From Pocillopora damicornis (Eukaryota): a DNA stretch of 64,000 nt. Below the pieces are notes generated by a model. That model saw only the letters and a list, made by a program, of their open reading frames with translations, was not told the DNA's origin and searched no databases. Position numbers and translations under genes: made by a program. The DNA lies in contig NW_020846166.1 in assembly GCF_003704095.1 (NCBI RefSeq), positions 248,001 to 312,000 on the forward strand, given 5' to 3'. How positions within the stretch are numbered: position 1 is the first letter of the stretch; each line of letters begins with the position of its first letter. Below, one piece after another: positions 35,901-48,800 of this stretch.

Positions 35901-37738
35901 TCTCAAACAACACAATTGTCATCTTCCCCAATGAAAAATACATTTTTCTCTGTGGTTTGAGACTAGAGAAAAAAGTAACCTGAATTTTTGAAAATTTTTT
36001 CAACCCTTTATATCCAAACATCAGAATCCAATTGTCAGTCTACAAAGACTTTACAATGAATTAATTATAAATCAGGAGTTCACTGTAGAATAACTTACTT
36101 CTAGTTTTAAGTTGTTTTAGCTCTTAACACCCTAAAATCAGTATGCATATTTGCCATGCTGCTCCTAATACACTTTACCAATCAAAAGCTTCTTTTGTTG
36201 GTGATCATTTCATTTATTCTCATGACCTTAAAGTGTAATTCAGGGTTGATATTGTAGGGAGAAATTTGATTCTAGTCACTCTGAGGATTTAAAAGGTTAA
36301 TAAACATTCCAATGTTACATGCAAGTGAACAATAACTATAGTGCAGTTCAGTACCATCACAAACGTTGATCGAATGTATATCACAATGAGATAACAGGAA
36401 ATGGAACAGTGAGACTATATTTGATCATATTCAAAAGAAATTTTCCCACGCCATATGTCAACCACATTTAGCAAACAAAGAAATATGTTTGCATTTAAAA
36501 TACAGATTAATTGTTTACAGAACAAACAAATCTGGATTAGTCTACTTTTTAAATTTGCCACCAATGGAAAAAATAATTTAAAAAACTTGTAGAAAGAAAT
36601 GGGTTTATTCGTTGTGAATTGTAGGCTATTTGCATAGTTGAATTTCTCTCATGCATGAAGTGAGCACACTCGTTTTTTTAGATTTAGCTATAAAGTATCG
36701 AAGTTATTTTATACAAACTCTACAGGGAGGTTCCAAAAATTTTATACATCCATAGTTTAAACGACATAAATTAACATAAAAAACCCACAAGAATGCACTT
36801 TGAGATCCTTGGACAAGAAAGGAAAGACAAAAAGCCTTTTACTCCATGTTTATTAAGGCATAAAGATAAACATCTAGTAATTGTCTCTAGAATCCTTCTT
36901 TGGCTAAAATTGCTCTTGACCTTCGTCAAGATATCGAGGAGATGCTTTTTCGTTTCGATCCGCCTTATCAACAAGAAGAACAGTTGGAAGATCGACGATA
37001 TCACGGAAATATCTATAATATCGTCGTAAAAAGTGAAAATATAAAATCCATTGGTTAAACTGTATTCTTTATTGTGATAAAACGTATTTAAAGTGCTAAC
37101 AGAGTATTCGCGGCGTTCACTAAGGTTAAACGTAATTGTGGTAGCGCTGCTTGCTTTGGAATGAACTGTCATGATGGGTGTTCTTGAACGAAAAGGAAAT
37201 TGTTTGTGATAAAAATTACCATCGCGTGATAATAAATTCAACCAGAGTTTTACAAAGAAGGACCTCCTGTGATTTCACCTGATTTGTTTGGTTTCTTTAT
37301 AAAGGCAAAAGTTAACCTGCACTCGCCAAGAGAAAACGAGACAGTTCATCATAAGAGATTTTACATTGTTACAGTGTGTTTATCTAAGCACCTCAAAGGA
37401 TTAATCGAATGAACCTGTTCTTAGAAAGCACGAATCACCGTGATCGATTTTATCACAAAACACAGTGGGAAATCAAAAAGGATATCAGCCTAAAACTGCG
37501 ATTTTTATTGACAAGTTATCAAAGGGATAAACTTCACCTGCAATTATTATTACTGTTAGTGCCGTTATCATAGGTAATAAAACAGTGATGTTCGATCTTA
37601 ATCTCACCTCGTTTCGCTGTCGCCTACAACATGAAACACGGCTGACTGCACAGCTTGTATATCCCAGCCTTCTGGATAATCCCACGAAAAGGCGATCTGA
37701 AATCTCGCCCAAAAGCTCGATAAATCCTCTAGATCCAT
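29992..37738 (-). CDS. C10orf88: C10orf88/PAAT homologue, 8 exons
   Basis: Exons 37738-37608, 35168-34926, 34060-33988, 33032-32931, 32644-32528, 32453-32228, 30976-30580, 30268-29992 join in phase. Motifs AFSWD, IVSEARNVELY...G, KFLS, VDISNVRSYLDSLGKQLSPEAQQLL and the C-terminal coil EKRIMGRVEAKLQAMLEHMDSRFD resemble vertebrate C10orf88 (recognised from memory, not searched). Confidence 0.8.
31025..31270 (+). repeat. Interspersed repeat family with CCAATCAG/GATTGG motifs
   Basis: AATCAGATGCAA..AAACCAATC..TTGGT..CTCG.TTTTCCCGC also at about 18150-18345; fragments at 1740-1900 and 19060-19180. Confidence 0.6.
31681..31848. repeat. Palindromic fold-back element
   Basis: AGAGTGAAA..CGAGGG..TTGGGTCGGGT / ACTCGACCCGAA..CCCTCG..TTTCACTCT, with outer TTCCAG/CTGGAA arms. 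Confidence 0.7.
33167..33680. other. Assembly gap (514 N)
   Basis: N run. Confidence 1.
34213..34831. mobile_element. Cluster of three MITEs: C(+) 34213-34422, A(+) 34419-34600, C(-) 34620-34831
   Basis: TTAA junctions; the two family C copies are inverted relative to each other. Confidence 0.8.
36124..36300 (-). mobile_element. MITE family A copy (reverse, internally deleted)
   Basis: CAGTATGCATAT...TTCTCATGACCTTA...AGTCACTCT...AAAGGTTAA. Confidence 0.65.
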
Positions 37739-38516
37739 TTATCAGTTGATTGCTCCACAGGGCTCTTCGATCAATGCGATGGTTTGCTTTCAGCGATGAT
37801 GGATCGCTGCCCACACATGGCGCTACTGAAAACGAACGAGATCAGACAACGAAGAGGCGCCTAATCCTTTTATACAAAACAAAGAACTTGCACGCATTCA
37901 ATGACGAAGCATGAAGCTTGTCAGGCTTGTTTTGGTTTATGAAGTTGCGGGCTTATGTCAAACAAAGAGCAACTCAACTTCCGATGTGATAAATAGGAAA
38001 TTCTGTGTGCTGCGAAAGCGCGAAATGGAAGATAAACTAGTACTCAGGCTACGGCCGGAGGTGACATATAGAAATATGGAATGGACTCATACAAGGTGGA
38101 AACTAGAACGAAGTCTGTGGAATTTTCAGCTTTGCATCTGATTAATCAGGCTTTAGAAAAATAGAGCCATTTCTTCCCAAATTGGATTTGCGGTGTACTG
38201 CATAAAATACATGAATCACAGTTTTATTTCATTGTATCACAGTTTTATTTTATTTCTTTCTTGAACAACTCTTGCGTTGTATCATAACAATCTGTCAAAA
38301 TTAATTAACGCTTCTTTCCCAGTGCACATAAATTTTAATCTAGAAGCGGCATAAATACGCTTTAACACGTTCATTATTTTGCAGTTAAGGTACATGCTTA
38401 GCTGATACTGTACAAACTCAATTTTCTTTCAGCAAGCCATCTTACGGAACATTAAACTTCGTTTACTTCAGAAGAGTCTGCGATTAATAATGTGTTCTAC
38501 ATAAAGTTCTCAGTTT

Positions 38517-39164
38517 TTACATAGCCCAGGCCTCGAGATCTTTCAGGTCATCATCATCACGCATAGTTTTGTTTTTCATTAACGGATCTGTCGATGGAAC
38601 GTTCGGTAATCCTGTGTTAGGACGTTCCATTCCAAGAAGTTCTTTGTTGAGACTTTCTTGTTCGATGGCTTCCAATTCGGCTTCGAGTCCTTCATCATCG
38701 AAGTCTTGATTCAGACCTACACCACAGATTGCCTCCGAAATCTCTTTAGAAATTTCTGTCTGTTCTTGAATATCATCCATAATGTCGTGAACATCCTCCA
38801 CATCGAGAACTTGATGAATGCTCTTCAGTGTTTTAGCAGCATAATTCATATTCTTCAAAACTTCGGTGTTTGTGTTAGCGTTTTCCAAGGCTTCACGCTG
38901 AAATTCTATGGTCGATAAAGTTCCATCAATCTGATTAAGCTGTTTTTCAAAGCGTTTCCGCCTTTTCAAGGCTTGCAGCGCAATTCTCTTGTTCGTTTTG
39001 GCGTGCTTTTTCGCTGTTGCGTTCTCCATATCGATTTTTTTCTCCAAGAATTCTTGCTTTTTCTCCAACATTTCCTCGGTCTGTCTCAGTTTTTGGATTG
39101 CATCTTCAGTTGTCGGAATATTTTCCTTATTCTTACCTCCAAACATTCGCTGCAATACACTCAT
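38517..39164 (-). CDS. CHMP4B: ESCRT-III subunit CHMP4/Snf7, intronless, 215 aa
   Basis: MSVLQRMFGG N-terminal amphipathic helix; AIQKLRQTEEML..KQEFLE; QLNQIDGTLSTIEFQREALENANTN; MIM2-like LPNVPS; C-terminal ALIX-binding LKDLEAW. True ATG at 39164. Confidence 0.95.
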   Translation of the reverse strand: MSVLQRMFGGKNKENIPTTEDAIQKLRQTEEMLEKKQEFLEKKIDMENATAKKHAKTNKRIALQALKRRKRFEKQLNQIDGTLSTIEFQREALENANTNTEVLKNMNYAAKTLKSIHQVLDVEDVHDIMDDIQEQTEISKEISEAICGVGLNQDFDDEGLEAELEAIEQESLNKELLGMERPNTGLPNVPSTDPLMKNKTMRDDDDLKDLEAWAM

Positions 39165-39344
39165 TATGGCAGCGAAAGACCAGAAAAAAACTGCTGATAT
39201 TTGATCGAACCAGAAACCAACGACTGCTTCTTTCAAATTGTGCGCTAAAAAAGGAAATGAGTAACGCGTCAATCAAATGTCACGAGTTTTTGTTCTCCGA
39301 TTAATATCGATCTGTCACGGTTATTCTGGAAACCGGAAGTCAGC

Positions 39345-41716
39345 ATGGTGTTCAATATGGCGGTACGGACGCTGTGTATTGGCTGCCTTTGTGTAGTATT
39401 CTTCAGCTTTAAACCCACTCAATGTGAGCCATTTCAAGCGCCAAGTTATACCATTGACCTCGATCTTGCTCCAGAAGAAAGATGGCTCAATATTACCCAG
39501 AAATACCTGAAATACACTCCGAAGATTTTAGCAAATCTGCGAAAGAAGATTCCACCGTTTGCAATACCGCTTGCAGAAAAGCTTGCTGTTGTAATTGATA
39601 AACATTTCCCCGAGGAGTATAATAAAGAGATGATGGGTATATCAAAGGGACTTAATCTAAGCTTTTCAGACACAATACTTCTCAACATTTTATACGACGT
39701 AACAGCTTTTTGCACGAGTATCGTTGCACAAGACAAGGATGGAAGTGTTTTTCATGGAAGAAACCTGGATTACTCTTTTACAGATACGCTGCGGGATATA
39801 ACTTTCATATCCAACTTTCAAAGCAAAGGTGAACTATAAATTATTCTTTAGACAGTAAGTGTGCGATTCTTCTATCCTGTTCCGTCCAGCATGTAATATA
39901 AAATGAATAGTAATTGAACTCTCACATTCCTCGCACTGGTGTATAGCTCAGTGGAAAAAGGCTATGGTAGGAAATAACTGATCCGGTTAATAGGCAAGAA
40001 AGCTTATTTTGAGTGACAGTGACAGTGACAGTCTTTAAAATTCAAGGATTATTTGAATTAAATGTGCCAGTTCATAAGCTTCCGATGCGTTGATCAATTT
40101 GAAGAGTTAACGCCCCTTGGTAAGCATCATTCCTTGATGTGAAAATTTATCACATCATGTTGCATTTAGTAACTAAATGCAATAAATTTAATGATCATAT
40201 TCAATATTGTTTGAGAGAGATTGTCATTAATTTTTCAGTCTTTGTTCATTCACTGTTCATCAGCACTTCATGCTCTGCAGACAACAACTGTTTTATGATA
40301 AAGACAAGATCAGAAAATGTGACTTTCTACTCATTGACCAGAGTTGATTTGATCATTGAAGCCTTTAACACCTGAAATGCATAACCTTTTAACCCTTTAA
40401 CTCCCATGAGTGATCAAAATAGAATTTCTTCTGACAATATCCATGCAGTATCAAGCAGACAAGTGATGAGAATAAAGAAAAACATCAGTTAAGGGATTAT
40501 TTATTGTTCCAATACCTAATTCTCCATACTGCTATGATACAAATTGTATGGCAAACAGTAAGGAGAAGAAATAGTGGGATTTGGGAGTGAAACAGTTTAT
40601 CATTGGTCTTTATAGGTAAGGTGGTGTACACTGGTGTAACATTTGCTGGCCAGGTTGGTCTTTTGACAGCACAGCGACCGAACAGTCTCACAATCAGTCT
40701 GGATGAGAGGGACCGTGGCCACATATGGGATAATGTCTTTGAAGCTATCTTTAATAAAAATGCAATTCCTGTTACATTTCTGATTCGAGATGTGGTCAGC
40801 ACAGAAGGAATGGACTTTTCTCAAGCTGTGAAGAAAGTATCTCAAGTGTCCTTGATAGCAGCTAGCTATCTTATTTTAGGAGGAGTTAAAGTTGGGGAAG
40901 GTGCTGTGGTAACACGAGGCAGAGAAAAAACAGCTGACATCTGGAGGCTGAGTCAAGATGCAGCAAAGGAACCGTATGTACTTAACAAATAGATGTCATG
41001 TTGTGGTACATAATTTTATGTTTAGTGATATATCTCAGGTTATGTCAAAATGTGGAAGAAAACAAGAACACAAGAAAGAAAGTTGCACATAACATGGCCA
41101 AGTTTGTCGCTGATACTCTAACCCTAAGCATTTTGGTGTCTTCTGTGATCTATTACTTTCCAGATTTACAGAGCCACAGTAACATGGAACCAAATGAATA
41201 TATTTTATAAAAGAAAAAGAAAAAGGTTGTTGCTGGTGACATCATTTTTGTGTCTGTCCTTCAATAGGTCATAAGTAAGAACCAATCAAATGGTGTGTAA
41301 TTCAGCTTATTATCTACTAGTAAATACAAAGAGATTATGCAATTTTGAAACTTAAGAAAAGTGAGAAAGTACATATGAATTATGAGGTTTGAAAAGGAGG
41401 TTAATTTTATCCTGAACTTTACAAACTACCCTCATATGGATGGTTACATCTCAGGATTGAATCATTTTTGTGTTGAATATGCAGGTGGTACCTTGTAGAG
41501 ACCAATTATGACCATTGGACCACACCCCCTCCATCAGATGATCGCCGCGACCCGGCTGAGAAGGCATTGAAAAAGTTGACTCAGGCAAAACTCACCCCTG
41601 ATGCACTGTTCAATGTCATGTCCATCCATCCTGTACTGAATAATGAGACTGTCTACACAACTATCATGCAGGCAAAAAATGCTGATCTATTCAATACTTG
41701 GATTCAGACGCCATAA
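39345..41716 (+). CDS. NAAA: N-acylethanolamine-hydrolysing acid amidase (acid ceramidase-like Ntn hydrolase), 3 exons
   Basis: Exons 39345-39828, 40616-40973, 41485-41716. Signal peptide; IDLDLAPEERW; catalytic F/CTSIVAQD...HGRNLDY (NAAA-type rather than ASAH1-type CTSIVAED..GRNMDF); ISLDER; WYLVETNYDHW...DDRR; PVLN..TVYT. Confidence 0.92.
40389..40599 (+). mobile_element. MITE family C copy ending just before the NAAA exon 2 acceptor
   Basis: TTAACCCTTTAACTCCCATGAGTGA...TTGGGAGTGAAA. Confidence 0.75.
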
Positions 41717-41772
41717 GATAACAATCTTGTATTCCTTAGTGAGCCACTTATTTTCTTGGAGATAATTCAAGC

Positions 41773-42140
41773 TTAACCCTTTACTGTTGATCCTAACATC
41801 GGTATGCATATTCTCGATACTGTTCTCTATACATTTCTACATTACCTATAAGGAGAGTTTGTTTGAAAATCAAGAGCATCTTTTGTTGGTGATCATCTCC
41901 TTCATTCTCATGACCTTAATGTTTGATTCACAGGTGATATTGTAAGGAAAAATTAGATGCCAGTCACTCTTAGGGATTAAAGGATTAACCCTTAAGCTCC
42001 CATGAGTGATGACCAAAACAGAATTTCTCCTTACAATATCAATACAATTGTGAATTGTTAGTTGATCAAACACCAAATTATCTGAAGTAACAATTGTGTG
42101 ACAGACAGTAGGGAGAATTTCTAGTCACATATCGGAAGGG
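41773..42140. mobile_element. Abutting MITEs, family A (reverse) and family C, sharing TTAA at 41985-41988
   Basis: Matches both families; begins about 57 bp after the NAAA stop. Confidence 0.7.
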
Positions 42141-43112
42141 AATGGTCAGTTGCAAACTAGGAAAAGTATGCATTGTTTTGCATGTAATTGTGAAAAAAAA
42201 AGAAGAAAACAGAGTGCTAAAGAAACTAAATTTTTGAGACAAATTGGATCACATAAATGTTAAGAAAAATGAGCAAGCACTTTTTGCAACTTATTTTCAA
42301 CATAACAAAAAGAATGGAAAAAATTGTTTTTTAAGTAACACTGAAGGTAGCTTCAACAGTATGGATAACACAACTTTAACAATTATAACATAATATATGT
42401 TTCAGTTTCGTATTGAAATTTTTTATCGTCTTTTTTATATCAATATTTTATGATGAATAGTAACAACTGGTTAAGTCTGCATAATAACTGAGTTAAGCAC
42501 TACTCGAGAGTTAAGGAATTGGATGTGGTTGGGAGAAAATCAAGAAAATTGACTGTTAATTTTTTTTCCAGAGAATGGCGAAATCAGAAATAAATTATTG
42601 TTAGTGGAATGATCTTTTTCACTAAAAATGCACTGAGTGCACTCCCGTGTCCCCGTTCCCCGTTCTTAATTTGTTTTGTTTTGTTTTTCATTCCCCGTTC
42701 TCCGTTCCTGATTTTAGTAACATCCACAGCGGTAATGGCGGATAATGCTTTTGCATGAGGTTCATATGACTCTCATAAGGGTAATCAGTCTCTTAGATCG
42801 AATCTCTCATAACAATGGTGAAGATTGCTTTGAAAATTACCGTTACGCTTGCAGAACACATGAAACAGCCGTATTTATCTCTTTGCCAATTATCCATCTG
42901 TTCGTAAAGTATTCGAATGAGCAAAATCAATTATCTTAGCTTGCTATGCTTTATTAGATACAACTGAATAATTTACACTTATAGACATATTTTTTTTTAT
43001 ATTTACAAAAAAGGTCGTGCAACGAATACCAGTAGTCTGGAGGATGCAGGCGCTCCTAAAATTCCCAGCGTGTCTTAATAAAAAGTATAGTCTATGATCG
43101 ATCGCGAAGAAC

Positions 43113-44066
43113 TTAAACCTTTGTGGGTGGAAATTTGCTAGAGCGATCCCTTAGGAATACGTGGCGATACTTGGGCAATCTCCATGCACACACAAAGGGA
43201 TTTAAGGCAGAATTAAGGAAAAGAAATCGCGAAAACACAATCTCCAACTTTCTAAAAAGTATTGATCGTTTGCACGACTGGCAAAAGTACATTAGATGTA
43301 ACGCAACGAATTCAGGTACGACTGTCACGTAGAATAACGCCAACACAATCAGAATTGTCACGACCATGTTCCTTTCGCGGTCTAACGCTTGTTTGCTTTT
43401 CATCGTGGCGGTGATTCCAGCTTCTTTAAGTTCGCGTTTCCTTTTTCCCAAAGCGAGGAAGACTTTACAGTACATGATTGTTAACAATATGGCGGGGAAC
43501 GATGCGTGAGTATGCGCATACACGATCTTGAATATTTCTTCAGGAACATTTGTTAACGGTAGAAAGCACACAGTCGCGGCAATTCCCCAGATACTAGCGA
43601 TGCAAATCCTAATTCTTTCCTTAGTCATGTTGGTTCGGTATTTAAACGGATGCATTACAGCAATGTAGCGATCGCAGGACAGAGCTATGATAGACCCACT
43701 ACTGACAAAGAGTGATAATCCAAGCACCAAACGGATTATAAGATCCAGAAACTCGGGAACGTCCAAACCTTGATATCGATAAACATCTTTCACGCCTACA
43801 AGAGTACCAGCAATCAATCCAACCGTTAGATCAGAAACACACAAGTTTGCGATCAGCAAAGACGGAGGCGTTTGAAGTAGGCGACGAGTGTCACGACTAA
43901 TTGTCCACAATAGCGCTCCGTTCGCTGTTGTAGTAACCACAGACAGAGTGAAATCCACCACCGCTAGAACGAGAAAGAATATTGGGCTAATCATCGTCAA
44001 TGGATCATCTGCTGTTTGTACAGAATACTTCGGTGAAGAAATTGTATGCTCCATTGCTAAAGTCAT
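43113..44066 (-). CDS. Orphan class A (rhodopsin-like) GPCR, intronless
   Basis: Seven hydrophobic segments; TM1 ANG, TM2 NLCVSDL, TM3 DRY..V.HP..Y, TM4 W, TM5 P......Y, TM7 NSALNPFVC. Confidence 0.9.
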   Translation of the reverse strand: MTLAMEHTISSPKYSVQTADDPLTMISPIFFLVLAVVDFTLSVVTTTANGALLWTISRDTRRLLQTPPSLLIANLCVSDLTVGLIAGTLVGVKDVYRYQGLDVPEFLDLIIRLVLGLSLFVSSGSIIALSCDRYIAVMHPFKYRTNMTKERIRICIASIWGIAATVCFLPLTNVPEEIFKIVYAHTHASFPAILLTIMYCKVFLALGKRKRELKEAGITATMKSKQALDRERNMVVTILIVLALFYVTVVPEFVALHLMYFCQSCKRSILFRKLEIVFSRFLFLNSALNPFVCAWRLPKYRHVFLRDRSSKFPPTKV

Positions 44067-45874
44067 TAAGTTCGGTGTGTTACATGTATCGACGCGTTAC
44101 AGCCGATGTATTCGATTTTAGAACGCAAGTGGAAAAAGTATTCCTTGAAAACTGCGATGAGCTGATTTTGTGTATCTCAGTTTTAGTCCTTACAGTCTAC
44201 TGTTCAGCGAGTATATTTGACTGGTGCAATCAAGGGAATGAATGCTTTTATCTCACACTGAGTGCGACGTGCTTCTACGAAAACGAGGAAGTCAGCATTC
44301 ATAGTATGACGTCAATGAAATATTGACCTAAGCTTCAACTCTACCAGCCAGCGATTCTTAACAATTGTTTTAAAGAAAGTTAATTGCATGACAAAGAAAA
44401 CGGCTAATTTGAATACAGGTTACGTTAACTCTCTTTTGTATTTATTTTGAAATTCAAGTGTCAGCCGATGTAATTCCGCCAAACCTCTTCCGGTTAAATT
44501 TATCGTTCTAAGAAAACACACCAGTCACTTAGTGTCACCCCAACAGAGGATCCAGTAAGTAACCCTCCGGAAAATTGTAAACACAGCAGTACTTGAATTC
44601 TTTTGACAATTCAACCCAGAAAACTGCCCGAGGATGGGTATTTCAAAACAACTTTACTTCACTTGATTGTTCAAGCGCGTCTGAGTTGACTGCAGTCACG
44701 ATTTCCGCTTGTTTCTCCTGGGTGGGGGTGACGGGACGGAAGCACGGGATCGTTTCCCGTACAGTGGCTAGCTAGTAATCGAGTCATAAAATGTTTCACC
44801 CTAACTACTCGTCAGATCAGAGGGCATAAGACGCAAGGTATTCTTCCCGCGCACGACTTAACGCTTATGTCTGTGTAAGGGAGGTTATATTCATCGACCA
44901 GATGATCAAATTGCGATGAAGGGACAGGCGGATACCAAGATCCTGAAATTAGTTGATCATTAACTACAAGCGAACGTCACCGTTGTTGTCGTGCTTAAGT
45001 GAAGTCATCGCTCTCGACCACAAAATAGCACAGTTTGTAACCATACGTGAAATTTAATTACTCAACTCCAAGTCCCACCAGGAAAATACTCTGAACGTCA
45101 CTACTATAGAAAGGCCATTTATCTGTTCTACCGAAATCAGACTATCACTTCGACCGATATCTCATGATATAACGATGACGACGGCAGGTTCAGAGCCTCG
45201 GAATAAGAAGCTAGCACCACGAAAGATCATAATGGGAAAATTATCCTCTGATGAGGTCATCTTTCCTTGTGCTGTGGCTAGTAATTTCCTCTCAAAAAGA
45301 AATTAAGCTATTGCAACTCACATGGAATGCTTTAAACGTCATCTTTTTCCCCTTTGTTTGATGTGAATACATGTGTGACTGCGTTTGCGTCGTCAGCGAG
45401 TTTCAGGCTAAACTTACGAGACAGAAAAAACTCCACACACACTAACTGTTTACACGTATCGTTTAATGTGAACACAATTCGTTTCCTATCATCTACCCTG
45501 GCTGAAGTTTGAATTGAATTGAATTGAACAAAAAAACGAAAAACAAACGAAAAAAAGATGTCTCATGATATCATACAATTTTCTCTGCTCTCACCGAATT
45601 CCTTGAAGCTTAAGTATAGGTTTTCATCGAAAGACAAGGCCAGCACCGAATAAGACAAACTAAACGCAGTCCCACAACAACGGGAAGACCAAAGTTATGA
45701 CTGAAAACCAGCGAAATAGACGTAACAATCGCAATCATTTTTGTAAACGTTCACACTCCAAATATGACTGACATAATGGGTCAGCTATGAACACATCCGG
45801 TTAAGCGCCAAACCAAGGAAGCATTGAGTGGCTTTATTAACTCCTTGCCAGGGTAGTGTATTAGTATGAGTTGA

Positions 45875-48800
45875 TCACTTGTACTGTACTGTGGTCCAAC
45901 CGTCACCATCAGATTGCTCCGCAGGGGGTCTTTCTCGACCGCGACGGGAGGCAGACCAGGATTTACCTGAGTATAAAGCATATCAAAAGTCAGAAAAAAA
46001 TTACTTCCAATCCTTTGTCTAACACTCCTAACAAACCTTCAGAACGTGCAGGTGGTGGGTCTCGTCTCCACTGATCACGTCCTGGATCGTCCCCTCCCCC
46101 CCTTCTCCACGCATCACGATCACGATCACGATCATCTGGGCGTTCGTTCCTCCAACCAGAACGATCACGTTCATCACGATCTCCTCTGTAGCGATCTCCT
46201 TCACGGTCTCCTCGGAAACGATCATCTCGACCCCCATCTCCACGATCACCGCGCCAAGAATCCCCCGACGGACGGTCACGCTCTTCTCGATCACGCCCAC
46301 GCCAACGATCATCGCGTCCACGATCATCACGACCACGATCGTCCCTCCCACGATCATCGCGTCCACGATCATCACGACCGCGTTCATCACGCCATCGATC
46401 GTCCCGTCCACGGTCGTCCCGTCCACGGTCGTCCCGCCCACGGTCGTCCCGTCCACGGTCGTCCCGTCCACGGTCGTCACGCCCACGATCATCTCGGCCG
46501 CGATCGTCACGATAGGAACTGGGTGGTGGACGGTCACGGTCATCACGGTCTCGCCACCCGCTACCTGAGGATGGACGATCACGGTCATCTCTCCTCCAAG
46601 GACCACGATCGTCCATTCTAGGGCGGTCCATATCTAAATAAGAGAAAATTAAAATATTTGTTTCATTGAAGGAGAGTATTTCTAACTCTCCTCTGGATTC
46701 AGAAAGTAACAGTGCATCAACTCTACGTGTAGGGAGCTACAAGTTCTGAAAAGGCCACTCGCACTTAAGTCTATGATAATCTCAAACCTCTTCTCGGACC
46801 ATCTCTTTCCCCAGACCTCCTCCAAGTTGACCCCTCATCACGAGGCCCTTCCCTGTCACGATCATCTCGTCTCCAGCCTCCACCTAAAACGAATCATTGC
46901 TGCTGTTACATCGTTAAATTTTGTCCTATGACATATTCACTAATTAGGTCAGCGGGCAACTTCTTTACCGCTGGGATCGATGAATTCTCGAGCAGTTTGA
47001 CGACGCCATTCCACAGTAATCCTGTGCGCTCTTTTTGCGGTCGTCTTAAAGCGTTCCCCCGCCTCACCCCTCCCTTCTTGATGAACGGGTACCTGAAACA
47101 AGGTTTCAGGGCTGGGCATTTCCTGCTTTAAGAGTAGTATTCTTTCCAAGGGCCGTCTGGACAAATTAGGAGCCCCTGAATACCTCAGACCTGAATTTCA
47201 TTAGGGGAAGCTACAGTCACCATAACAACAGTTTGCCTTAATCCTTAACAACAAAAAAAACCCGAACACTTAAAACACCGGGCTATACATCTCAAAATTA
47301 TGGTTTCAAATTACCTGAACCCCCATCACGGAAACGGTCGTCGCGCATGCGATCATCGCGATAACGATCGTCACGGGAACGGTCGTCGCGGAAACGATCA
47401 TCACGGCCATCACGACGCCATCCACCTGTGGATTCACGGTCCTGTTCGCGCTCCTCCTGGTCACGGCTTGAGGGTAGCAGTTCTCGTTCCTCACGGCGCC
47501 TCTCAACATCAGGTGGTGGCCTCTCCCGTTCATCGCGCCTCCATGATCCACCTTCGTCTGTGAAGAAGGGCAACATACTAAGTGCAAGTATTACACTCCG
47601 ACATAAACGCTGTCTGGCCGCCCGAATGGTTTGCTGTGGGCCTTTTGAAAACCATCTTGGAACATTCCTTTTGGGCTCCCAATCTTGAAATTAATTCTCC
47701 TTATGATCCATCGTACGACTATTACAATGTTAATTAAGAGAAGTTGCCGTCCAAACAAAAACCCTTGGTAAATATTTTTTCTTTATTATATTCCCCTGAT
47801 TGCTTGAGAATGTATTGGCATCAAAGGGAAAAAGTACTTATTGCTCAAAAGGTTAAATTTCTGCGACTTAAACCTGTGTGCGTGGATTATCCAAAATAGA
47901 AGAAAAAACTGTAAACTTGTCTTTCCGAATCATTGTAACGGAGCGTTATGAATAAGTCGAAATGACGAGAGGAACTTTTACAGATTATCCTTTAAAAGAA
48001 TGCTGAAAGAGCTTAAATAGCGAGAAGTTTTCATCAGAAGACAGAAGAATTGGAGGGGGGAGGGGCTTGAGATGTGGGCTACGAAAGACTTCAAAAGAAT
48101 TTGCGAGGAAACAGGTATGGTTTATTTTTATCAGCCACTTACTTTTTTCTCCAACAAAAAACGCTTTTTTTTTCCATCACTTGAATGCAAGCTCATTCAA
48201 GATCTTTTCTCACAGTTCCGTTCATAACACTGGGTAAGGTCTTACAACCGAATGAAAAACAAACCAACCAACCAACAAACAATTCATAAGAAATAACTCG
48301 AACCTTTCTCTTCCCGGCGAGGAGGTCCATATCGGTCCCTGTCTCTGTCCCGTTCCAATCCCCTTGGTGGACCATCCGGTTCACTGTCAGGCCTGCTCCC
48401 TCGCTGGTTCTTTTCCTCAATTTCCTTCTCCCTCTCTCGCCGCTTGCGCTCCATCTCGTCCAGCTTTGCGACCCTCTCGCGGTACTCACGTTCTTTCTCT
48501 TCCTTTTCTATCCTGGCTTTCTCTTCGGCTTCTTCGCGTTCTATGGCAGAGAAAAGAGGAAAACGACATACTCTCCTCTCCTTTGACTCTTGAGGCACGG
48601 AAAAAAAACTTAGAAATCGGTCATTATATACTGCCTGAGGCAAAGAGGTGTTGGGGGGGAAGGGAGACAGAGAATTTTGATTGTGTCACAATAAAATTTA
48701 CATATTTCCCCTTCCCTCAATTTTATCCAGTCCCCACAAATGCTGTTAGAGACGACTCCTCCGTTCTCCCTAAAAAACCATATGATTCCCCACATCCTTC

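Noticed and set aside
46290-46515. CRISPR-like repeat array
   Set aside because: No unique spacers, in-frame coding repeat, eukaryotic gene.
46028-46621. His-rich antisense ORF (191 aa) and Val/Thr-rich alternative-frame ORF (192 aa)
   Set aside because: By-products of the stop-free 15-bp GRDDR repeat of eIF3a.
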